From Octopus vulgaris (Eukaryota), in assembly GCA_951406725.2 (NCBI GenBank), contig OX597823.1, forward strand, positions 51,398,001-51,462,000: a stretch of DNA of 64,000 bases. Direction: 5' to 3'. Shown piece by piece: positions 53,590 through 64,000 of this stretch. A model generated the notes under the pieces. It had not been told where the DNA came from. It did no database searches and saw only the letters and a program-made list of their open reading frames with translations. A program made the position numbers and the translations under genes. Within the stretch, counting starts at the first letter, position 1; the number at the start of each line of letters is the position of its first letter.

Positions 53590-54894
53590 GTATATATTAT
53601 GTATATATGTATGTATATATATATGTACATATGTGTGTGTATATATATGTGCGTATATATATGATGATAAATAGATATAGATATCGATGTAGATACATAC
53701 ACAAATATATATATTTGTGTGTGTGTGTGTTTGTGTGCGCGTGTGTGCCTTTGTGTGTCTGTATGGTAATGTTAATCTACGGTTCATATTTACAAATAGC
53801 TCACATACATCTTATGTCTCTGAGCTGATGGCATTTTCTGTTTTTGCTCTGTTGCTGTGTGTTATTTCTTTTTCTCTTTTTTTTTTTCTTTTGACTTTCT
53901 CATGCAACTCGAACCTATTGGAAAAATGAATATTACAGTCTCTATTATGAACATCAAATTACTGTGTTGGTTTAAGTATGTTTGTCTCTGAATCAGGTTA
54001 TCAGGTTTAACGCATATAATCAAATCATGGACACCGTATATATTTTTTATTTTATTTTCATCTATCTCTTCATGATCAAGTATTCTCCGTTTCTATTTAC
54101 ATACGCTTTTAGTAAATTGTCTTCTCAAAGAATACTTTACATCAACAAATATGATTTTCTTAAGAGTCTGGCTACTTCTAAGCAATAGAGTATGTTATCA
54201 GAATTTACCTGCTTCATTCTATGTTCTTCATAAAATATTGTTATTCACCTTTACCTTCAGGTTAACTTCTAAGTCAATATATAAAAATAAAACATTCCAG
54301 CTATGACCATCCCGTTTTACGTCCGGGCATTGTGTAACTATAACTGTCTTATTTGCTCTGTCTTCATCTTTTAAAGATGGTAGAGTGTAAAATGAGCAAG
54401 AAGTGGCATATATGTTTTGCGAACATGATGCAGCTTAAAAAGATGTTCTTATGGTCATGACTCAATAATAAACTTATTAAGTTTACTAATAAGTTTAGCT
54501 ATGGTATGAGGCCCTAAAACTGAACAGAGGTCCATACGAACACACAAAATTATAGACTAATATTAAAATAAAAATGTTGCGTTTAGCACAAACTGATCAC
54601 ATGTCATTACAAAAAAATGTATATATATGCTTAAAAATATATATCATTAAAAATATATTTTAAAAAATATACCCTTAAAAAAGATATATTTTGAAATTTG
54701 TATATAAGGAAGAATAAGTAAACAAATTATTTTGGATTAGCTATAAGTTATTATGAAGTCATTCATAAAAATGAAAGCTACTGATTGTTACTGATAGAAA
54801 ACAAGAATAGCATTATGAACGTAGTATTTCGGGTCAGAAATAAGTGACAGATACCTCAAAGTACAGTGAACGTATATTTTCGTTCAAATATATA

Positions 54895-55029
<135 letters not shown>

Positions 55030-55030
55030 T

Positions 55031-55090
<60 letters not shown>

Positions 55091-55091
55091 T

Positions 55092-55171
<80 letters not shown>

Positions 55172-55226
55172 CATCTGGTTGTTGTCTACCCCACCTGTCT
55201 TTGTCTTTTTGTTTTGTGAATCCTCT

Positions 55227-55263
<37 letters not shown>

Positions 55264-55266
55264 GTA

Positions 55267-56424
55267 TAAATCCTTAAAATCCTTAAAAGTGTTTCCGTCC
55301 GAAGGCTGCAGCCATGCTGGGGCACCACCGTTGAATGAGCTACACTAGTATGTGAAACAACGTCTGATACGTGGCACTTGATCAACAAGGGAGGTCGATG
55401 CCGCTGCCCGCATCTGTGTTTCCTGCCGACAAGAACCCCCGACAAGAAGAGATCCAGTATAATTTTAAAGAAACCCACATCCACACCATACAGGTCTCTC
55501 AGGTATTTAGGGAAGATGTTGAAGAGCTGTGGTCCTCTGAAACCCAAGCTGTTGCAGTATCTGGTCCTGTATTTTAATGATGGTGTTGGAATCTTTGGCA
55601 CTATGCAGTGGAGCCCCGTTCTGCGGTTGGGGTAACTTTGAATGCCAAAGTTTGGGACAAGACCCTCCAAGATTTTCCAGATGTATATCACTGCATATCT
55701 CTCCCACCTTCGCTCCAAAGAGAAGAATTTTAATACTTTCAGTCTTTCACAGTAGCTGATATGTTGCATTGAGACGATCTTCTTAGTGTAGCTTCGTTGG
55801 ATTGCTTCGAGTTCTGCTGTTAGCTTTATATTGTGTGGTGACCATAGTTGGGAGCAGTAGTCCAAGTGGCTGAGGATGAATGTCTTCCAAAGGACCATCA
55901 GTGTCTCCTTCTCTCTTGTTCTGAAAGTTCGGAGAATCCATCCAGCTAGCCGTCTGCATTTTATCACCAAATTAGTAATATGCACTTGGAAAGATGCATC
56001 ATTGCTCAGGTCAATGCCCAGGTAATGCACTGATTTTGACTCAGGAATTACAATTCTTCCCGGGCATGTGTATCCAGTCTGCATGTCGTTTACCTTTGAG
56101 TGCCGGTAGCGCAGGGCCTGGAATTTCCCTGCATTAAACTGCATGTTGTTGTCCTCAGCCCACCTGTATATTGTATCCAACTCACGTTGCAGATGTGCAA
56201 TATTTCAAGGGTTTTGTATTGTGTGGGAAACTTTTGTGTCATCTGCATAGCTAGCAAGGGTGGTCATCTAAGCAACTGAGGGCATGTCTGAAAGGGCCAC
56301 TATGAACAGCAGTGGCCCCAAGACAGTGCCCTGTGGAACACCGCTTGTTATTTGTGTTTCCTTGGAGGTGGCTCCATTGGTAACAACTGCCTGCCTTCTA
56401 TCTTTCAGGAAGTTGTGCAGCCAC
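55267..56424 (-). mobile_element. 5'-truncated CR1-type LINE (RT C-terminal half and 3' tail)
   Basis: WLHNFLKDRRQAVV..SGVPQGTVLGPLLFI..YADDTKV; ORF 55260-56180 with SHLDYCSQLWSP and SLERRWERY; (ttttaagga)n tail abutting (TA)n. Confidence 0.92.
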
Positions 56425-56480
56425 AAGAAATTAACTGCTTAAAAGTCCATACGAAGAGTATTCCATCCAATTAGAGTTCA

Positions 56481-56627
56481 ATATTACTAAACGTTTCAAC
56501 TACATTCACGTATGGCGCTACTCATAACTTCCCGCAAAGCGATTGACGCCTGATGAGCGTACGCATGTACAGGCAGGAAACTATTAGTAACGCGATAAAT
56601 ACATATAGTTGAAACGTTTAGTAATAT
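56481..56627 (+). repeat. Perfect 22-bp inverted repeat enclosing a hammerhead-like core
   Basis: atattactaaacgtttcaacta (56481-56502) / tagttgaaacgtttagtaatat (56606-56627); CTGATGA at 56550-56556 and GAAActattagTA at 56577-56589. Confidence 0.65.
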
Positions 56628-56708
56628 ATGGCTATATACATACATACATACATACATACATGTATATATATGTATATAATACTACTACTAATAATAATTA
56701 TAATAATG

Positions 56709-56796
<88 letters not shown>

Positions 56797-56854
56797 TAAT
56801 AGTAAACAATCGAGTAAAGTATGCTAAAGATTCAAGTGAGGCTAGATATTATCT

Positions 56855-56908
56855 TTCACCAACCTTGATATTTAAATGATGTTCACCAACCTTGATATTT
56901 AAATGATG
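56855..56908 (+). repeat. Perfect 27-bp tandem duplication
   Basis: ttcaccaaccttgatatttaaatgatg occurs twice in tandem. Confidence 0.9.
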
Positions 56909-57015
56909 AATATATCTTTCACACCAAAGACATAAAAGATATGAAATACTGATGGTTGAATTGGTTTTCATTAAACTTTCTAGATTGGTGTCTGAATTTG
57001 TTTTGAAGAAAACTC

Positions 57016-57110
<95 letters not shown>

Positions 57111-57402
57111 GGGTAGAGTTGCATAAAATATTGTCTGGATTTATAAGATAGAAAATTAGAACATATTGGATTTATCTTTTACGAAATTGATATTTCATCA
57201 TTAAGCTTTTATCTTGTGTTGCTGTAAGATTAAAATATTCAATGAAAGTATTTATTTCGACAACAAAAATACTCTTTTTATATAAGACTGGGTAAGAATA
57301 GTATCAACAAAAGTTGCGTTACGTATTTTAATAATGATATACATACATGCATATATATGTACATATACATACATATACACACACACACACACACGCACAC
57401 AT

Positions 57403-57447
<45 letters not shown>

Positions 57448-57449
57448 GC

Positions 57450-57480
<31 letters not shown>

Positions 57481-57584
57481 ATATTATGTATATATATATA
57501 TATATATATATACATAATACATATATATACATACGTATATATATATATATATATATATATACATAATACATATATATACATACG

Positions 57585-57650
<66 letters not shown>

Positions 57651-58154
57651 CGTATGTATATATATGTATTATGTATATATATATATATATATATATAAAA
57701 GAATGAAGAGTTTTGAATGGTATAACAATGAACCATAATACAAATAATGGTCTATATACCTGTTGTAATTTAGTCATCCATAGTTTGATGATATTTTGGA
57801 ATAAAATTTCTTCTTCAGAAATATCATCAGACTATGGATGGCTAAATTACAACAGGTATCTAGACCATTATTTGTATTGTAGTGCTTTCTTGTACCATTC
57901 CAAAATTTTATTCTTTACAAACAATAAACAATGCTTGAAGCGAACTACAATACTCTCCTATATATAGATATGTATATATATGTATGTATGTATATATATA
58001 TATGTATATATATATATATGTATTTATATATATATGTATTTATATATATATATATATATACACACCTATATATATATATATACATATAGATATATGATAT
58101 ATATTTGCATATATACATACATTTACATACTTACATATATATATGTATATACAA

Positions 58155-59190
58155 GTGCATATATGGGTACAGGACGTGAAAAAACGTAAACAACAGGAAA
58201 AACGGGAACAATAATTACAACATAGAAACGGAACTTTTTTTTTGCGAACAACGAAAGGCAACATAACAATCTATTCATCAGTTGTCCACTATTTTATCTA
58301 CTTCGCATTTCGAGCACTAGGGCAAGATGCGTCTTCGTCAAAACTGTTGCTCCTGCAAGGCAAATCAAATAAAATTTGGGATTAGCGGAGGAACAAAGTT
58401 GATAACAAACACAAACGATACCGAGGTGAATTGGTGAACATTGGAGAGATAAGCTTTTATAAGAGACAGACAAAAATACGAGCTAGCCCTGTAGCTGAAG
58501 GAGAAGAAAGAAAAAAGATGGCCACTGGTCTTGTGTGAGCAACAAGAGAGTCAAGGAGGAAGAGAGAGGGACAGACAAAGAATGGTGAAACGGGGAGGAG
58601 AAGAATTAGAGAAAGAATGGGGTAGAAAAAGAGGATATAAAAAGAATATAAAAAGAATATAAAGAGGAAGAGAGAGACAAATAGAGATAGTGATATAATA
58701 GTGTCGCATCAGAATTAAGATAAAACTTACTTGGGAATGGTTGCGTAGCGTTCAATCATATAATAATGTAAATAATATATATAGATATATATGCATATAT
58801 ACATACATACATGTACATATATATATATATATATGTGTGTATATACACAGGCATATATGGGTACATGACATCAAAAAACGTATACAACATGAAAAAAGGG
58901 AACATGAATTACAACAACATGGAAAACGAACAACGAACAACGAAAGAAACAAATAGAAAAACAAGACAGGCAACATAAAGAACAATCCCTTCATCTGTTG
59001 TCCACTGTTTTATCTGCTATGCATTTCGAGCACTAGGACACGGTGTGTCTTCGTCAAAACCGTTGCTCTTGCAAATCACATTAAATAAAATTTGGGATTG
59101 CGAAGGGTCAAAGTTAGTAACAAACACAGGACAGTGATAACAAACGGTAAGAGCTGTTAGGCCTTAACGGGGTGAAGTGGTGAACGCTAT
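58155..59190. repeat. Two diverged direct copies (about 58155-58440 and 58850-59186) of a roughly 300-bp unit, possibly Penelope-like terminal repeats
   Basis: Both carry gcatatatgggtaca..ttcatc.gttgtccact.ttttatct..gcatttcgagcactagg..gtcttcgtcaaaac.gttgctc..aaataaaatttgggatt. Confidence 0.75.
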
Positions 59191-59645
59191 ATGAAATTCA
59201 AAGCAGATTTCTAATGTTGATTCTTCATATTATGCTGGTAGTTTACTGGCGTAAATTTGATAATATGAAAGTAATATTTGTATATGATGTGTTGTGAATT
59301 TATGGAAAGAAGTCCCATAAAACTCATCCATTTAGTTAAAAAGAGAGAAGACAAGTTGTTAAAATATATATAAGAATTTGAATTGATGCAGACGATCGTT
59401 TCGTACAGAGATATAAAAATAATGCAAATTCACGAGTGAACTGTATTAGATTAAATGAATTAAATTAATTTAATTATATATATCAATGTACTCTCCAGTG
59501 CCGGAAGTATAAACAAAATTTACAATGAACTTGAGAAAGGATATAGCAGAAGAATAGAATGTAGGAGATTCGTATTTTTATCCTTATGAGAAAGAGATGT
59601 GAGTCAAGTTAGATATTAACTATAACTCTATATCTATGTATGTAT

Positions 59646-59678
<33 letters not shown>

Positions 59679-59810
59679 TACATACATATATACATACATA
59701 CATACACACACACACATACATACATACATACATACATACATACATACATACATACATACATACATACATACATACATACATACATACATACATACATACA
59801 AATATATATA

Positions 59811-62151
59811 TAAACTTAGATAAACTTAGATATGTTTCGACCAAAGATTGGTCCAGGCCATGTCTAACTTAATAGCACCACCTGATAGGATTATTCGAAT
59901 CCTGTTTAAGTCAAGTTTTGTTCAAGTAGTGAGTTCTTGTTGGGTGAGTTGTATCCAATTATGGGTGGCTTATCTGGTATTCTTTGAAGGAATCTATCCA
60001 GACTCTGTTTAAAGTTGATGGGATCCTTTTCCTCTTTGATCTCCCTCGGGACAATGTTAAATAGGGCAGAGCCTGTTGAGGAAAAGAAATTATGTTGCAG
60101 TGTACATGTATGTTGTGATCTTGAATTGGGCAGGGGACGTATAGCCCGTGGTCCAAGTCTTGGATGAACCTTGAAGCTAATGTTTAGGTCGTTTGGGCAA
60201 AGTTGGCGGTATATTTTCCACATCGTACAAATGATGTACCGCTCACGGCTTCGCTGGAGGGAGTAAAGTTTCAAGGCTTTAAGGCGATCCCAATAATCGA
60301 GAGCAGCCATGCCTTCAATTTGTTTAGTGAGTGCCCTCTGGGGTGACTCAATTCTGGAGATGTTTTGTCTTGTGTGAGGAGACCACAGTGGGCAGCAGTA
60401 TTCAAGGTGTGGCCGTACAAAGGAGGAAAAAAGTGGTATGATGACACCTTGTTCTCTGGACCGGAAAGTTCTTAAGATCCAGGAACTCATCCTACGAGCT
60501 ATATCGACCTTCTTGTTGATGTGTGCACTCCAACTGAGATCGTCATCAACAATTACACCCAGGTCTCTGATATTGTTACAGGCTGTGAGCAGTTCCCCTG
60601 AAGGAAGAGAGTATGGTTGTTTTAGTGAGGAATTTCTTCCAAAATGCATCAGCTCAAATTTTCCCTCATTCAGTTGCATTTTGTTTCTGTCTGCCCATTG
60701 ACTCACATCATATAGATCAGACTGGAGTTGAGTTCGGTCTGCTTCTTCATTGACGATTTGCTGGAGCTTAGTGTCATCAGCAAATATTTTCACTTTGCAG
60801 TAATGTACGACACCGGAAAGGTCGTTTACGTAAATTATGAAGAGTAGCGGACCCAAAACAGTTCCCTGGGGAATACCGCTGGTGACTTTTGCTGGGTTTG
60901 AGTGAACTCCATCAACTACAACATGTTGTGTTCTATTCGCCAGGAAATACTTAATCCAGTGTAGAACTTTTCCACGGATTCCAACGTTTGCCAATTTTGA
61001 GAGTAGAATGTTATGGTCTACCCTGTCGAACGCTTTACTGAAGTCAAGATATATGACGTCAGAGTTCGAACCTGTTCCCAAGGCTTTGAGTACATCTTCA
61101 ATGTGGTGTAAGAGCTGTGTTAGACAGTCCCTGCCACAGCGAAAGCCATGCTGATTTGCATTTAGGAGTTTGTGGGTCTCCAGGAAGTCAGCTATCCTTG
61201 ATCTTAACACTCTTTCAAACACTTTAATGATGTGGGAGGTGAGTGAGATTGGGCGATAGTTGACTGCGAGGGATCTGTTTCCCTGTTTGAAAACCGGGAT
61301 GACCGACTGGGATAGAAACTGTTTCGGTATATAACCTGCGTCTAACGAATTTCTCCAGAGGTTGGTCAGAGGGACTGCAAGTTGGTATCTACATTCCTTC
61401 AGGAGACTAGCGGGAAATCTATCAGGGCCTACAGCAGAGTAATGTTTGACCTCATTTATTGCTGCTACGATGTCGGTGGCAGTAAAGGTTATGTCTGAGA
61501 TTTTGTGTTGAGAGTCAACTTCGTTCGTTTCCCTTACGTCAATATCAGTGGGAACACTAAAGACAGAGCAGCATTGTTTCTGCAGTATTTCTGCCATTTC
61601 TTTAGCATCGTGTTGGGGAATGCCGTTATCATCAATCAATGGCCCAATGGGTGAGATAGTGGTTCTATGCTTATTTGCATAAGAATAGAACACTTTTGGG
61701 TTCTGTTTGATGTTTTTGATTACCCATTGTTCCTCCACAGCTCTTTGATTTTCAATGGAGGTTTTCGTGTTGGTCTGCAGATGAAGTTTTTCCAGCTCTA
61801 GTCTTTTCATTGTTGTTGAATGTGGATGTTGTGTGTGGGAATATTTTAATTGGTAGATTTTTTTGTTGAGTCTTTTGATGCGCCTAATGAGTGTTTTTTT
61901 TCTTTTTAGGGAGCCGGTTTCTGTTTGTGTTACTAGATTTCTTGGGAGCGTGTTTAGAGCATGTATAGGTGACAATGTTTTCAAAGTGCTGCCACGCGGT
62001 CTCAATATGAGAGGAATTGAGAGTAAAAGACCAGTCGATGGAAGACAGATCCTTTCTGATTGTTCCCCAGTCCGCTTTGTGGAAGTTTATGTTGTCAAAT
62101 GGGTGCCATGGAGTGGGATTGGCTGGTTTGGTTTTTATATGTCGGGAATTA

Positions 62152-62153
<2 letters not shown>
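59811..62153 (-). mobile_element. Young 5'-truncated CR1-type LINE inserted in (TA)n
   Basis: Open RT frame; 3' tail (tctaagttta)2; 5' end begins just after the endonuclease region (NFHKADWGTIRKDLSSIDW in an alternate frame); TA repeats on both flanks. Confidence 0.93.
59906..61900 (-). CDS. LINE ORF2 reverse transcriptase (CR1-type), N-terminally truncated
   Basis: NYRPISLTS, QHGFR, YLDFSKAFDRV, SGIPQGTVLGPLLF, IFADDTK, RDLGV and VRPHLEYCCPLWSP, with no stops over about 660 codons. The ORF-track start at 62005 lies upstream of a frameshift at the A-run 61893-61907. Confidence 0.9.
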   Translation of the reverse strand, partial: KKTLIRRIKRLNKKIYQLKYSHTQHPHSTTMKRLELEKLHLQTNTKTSIENQRAVEEQWVIKNIKQNPKVFYSYANKHRTTISPIGPLIDDNGIPQHDAKEMAEILQKQCCSVFSVPTDIDVRETNEVDSQHKISDITFTATDIVAAINEVKHYSAVGPDRFPASLLKECRYQLAVPLTNLWRNSLDAGYIPKQFLSQSVIPVFKQGNRSLAVNYRPISLTSHIIKVFERVLRSRIADFLETHKLLNANQHGFRCGRDCLTQLLHHIEDVLKALGTGSNSDVIYLDFSKAFDRVDHNILLSKLANVGIRGKVLHWIKYFLANRTQHVVVDGVHSNPAKVTSGIPQGTVLGPLLFIIYVNDLSGVVHYCKVKIFADDTKLQQIVNEEADRTQLQSDLYDVSQWADRNKMQLNEGKFELMHFGRNSSLKQPYSLPSGELLTACNNIRDLGVIVDDDLSWSAHINKKVDIARRMSSWILRTFRSREQGVIIPLFSSFVRPHLEYCCPLWSPHTRQNISRIESPQRALTKQIEGMAALDYWDRLKALKLYSLQRSRERYIICTMWKIYRQLCPNDLNISFKVHPRLGPRAIRPLPNSRSQHTCTLQHNFFSSTGSALFNIVPREIKEEKDPINFKQSLDRFLQRIPDKPPIIGYNSPNKNSLLEQNLT

Positions 62154-62194
<41 letters not shown>

Positions 62195-63044
62195 GTGTGT
62201 ATGTGTGTGTACGTACATATCCTCAGTATACACTTTTCTACTTTCGATATACTAAACATCTGCTTTGATTGTTATTTCACTGCAATTTTTAGCAGGTTCA
62301 AGGACCACGTAGATTCTCTTGCTTTCATATTCTCGTAGCTCGAGATCAACTTAAAATTATCAAACATAAAATGAAGGGTGATTCAGGAATGACCCGACCC
62401 TCAGATATTGCTATACATATAATCTACACTCTCCAAGATGTAACACTTTCACTGAGATGTAGCTGCTACTTCTATAATATCGCGTAACCACGTTTAGGTG
62501 CTTTCCTTTTCAATTTAGTATAAATTTTAACATACTTAACGATGGAAGTTTATAACGTTATAAACGACTGAAGAGAGATTGTTACGATGGAGCAGCTTTT
62601 TTTCAACGGGGAACCATTCTGAATGAAATGCAAATTGCTCAAACTAGACTAGCCTGAAGCACAATCCTCCAGGCCATTTTCTCCCCAGGAGTTTCAGACA
62701 TCAGGTCAAACCGAGTTGAAGCTATTGTTCATCTTCAACACGAAATATAACGTTGAACTTGCACTGGGACAACCGTAACAGCAATATTGAAGGTAAGTCA
62801 TTATTTACATTGGTCTGTAATGAAAAATGAAAAAAATGTTGCCAACCAAATAAGCAATTACGTTCGTAATGCACGGCAGCCATTAACACTTAGTTGTCAA
62901 TCAGTGGCTTTAAGCCGCACATATTTATATATATCTTCTTCAATATCGATCAATTGACCAACACATGCATACATATATGAGTGTGAGTATGTCTATGTGC
63001 ATATCTATATGTACATATATAAATATATGTATGTGTGTATGTAT

Positions 63045-63420
63045 ACTCTTTTACTCTTTACTTGTTTCAGTCATTTGAATGCGGCCATGCTGGAGCACCA
63101 CCTTTCGTCGAACAAATCGACCCCAAGACTTATTCTTTGTAAGCTTATCGGTCTCTTTTGCCGAACCGCTAAGTTACAGGGACGTAAACACACCAGCATC
63201 GGTTGTCAAGAGATGGTGGGCGGACAAACACAGGCACACAAACATATACACATACATATGTATATACGACAGGATTCTTTTAATCTCCGTCTACCAAATC
63301 AACTCACATGGAATTGGTCAGCCCGAGGCTAAAGTAGAAGACACTTACCCAAGGTGCCTCGCAGTGGGACTGAACCCGAAACCATATGTTTGGGAGGCAA
63401 GCTTCTTACCACACAGCTAC
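63045..63420 (-). mobile_element. SINE family B
   Basis: tactcttttactctttacttgtttcagtcatttgaatgcggccatgctggagcacc..gcagtgggactgaacccgaaacc..cttaccacacagc. Confidence 0.9.
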
Positions 63421-64000
63421 CCCAAGTTATGAAATCTCTAGAAGAGATGGAGTAGTAACTTATACTAAACAGTAAAGCGAGTAGCCACATTAAAGTGGCA
63501 GGTGAATGTTACTACTAGTTTAACCCCAGGTGGGTTTAAACTGACATGCGGATACGTGCTTACATATACACACATATCCACTCACACAATATAGCAAAGC
63601 AAGTGCAAAAGCCAATAAAGTCCAAGGTACGTACAGAGTTAATATTATTGGGTTGAGGCTCAAATAAGAAAAAGTATACAATGATTCTATTACGCTTCGG
63701 ACATAGTCTTTCGTCAGAAACTAAAGGAATGTCCTGAAATTGAGGAAGACGGGAAATATGATAAAAAAGATAGGAGGGCTAGGAAAAATGCTCTTGCGCT
63801 AGGTTCACATGCTCGTCATAGAGAGAAAAACATTCACACACACACATATAGAAATAAATATAGGTCAATCACACGCACATCTATATATGTATATGCTTGT
63901 ATGCATTCACGTATAGGTTATCACTATCATGTTAGAGTATATGCAAGAATGAGTACAGCTGCTTGATTGAGTCTCATACCTCATTTAGCAGTAATGTATG

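Noticed and set aside
58270-58345. TTGACGA..GAAA and CTGATGA half-motifs in the duplicated unit (also about 26456 and 32920)
   Set aside because: Stems are too degenerate to call a ribozyme; kept only as a weak hint of Penelope origin.
61901-62005. N-terminus MRPRGSTLK.. of the 699-aa ORF
   Set aside because: Out of frame; the LINE-like residues lie in another frame upstream of the A-run frameshift.

Overview
AT-rich, microsatellite-dense animal genomic DNA, intergenic or intronic. The SINE repertoire most resembles an octopus/coleoid cephalopod genome (inference from family recognition, not a database hit). No intact host protein-coding gene is supported; most ORF-track entries are translated (TA)n/(TATG)n/(CA)n repeats or SINEs. 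The window holds more than 30 tRNA-derived SINE copies of four families, two 5'-truncated CR1-type LINEs (one young, with an open RT frame), an RTE LINE, an R4/Dong-clade LINE in (TAA)n, mariner and Tc1 remnants, hAT-type MITEs and a 381-bp foldback MITE. Best leads: (1) a 2.06-kb ORF1/Gag-knuckle-only retroelement without RT, inserted with a 15-bp TSD into a SINE tRNA head (half-L1-like); (2) several minimal hammerhead-ribozyme motifs, one nearly intact at 29701-29763; (3) a 3' tail shared by the commonest SINE and the CR1 LINEs. A few isolated exon-like segments are listed at low confidence. All alignments were done by eye, and repeat boundaries without TSDs are approximate.
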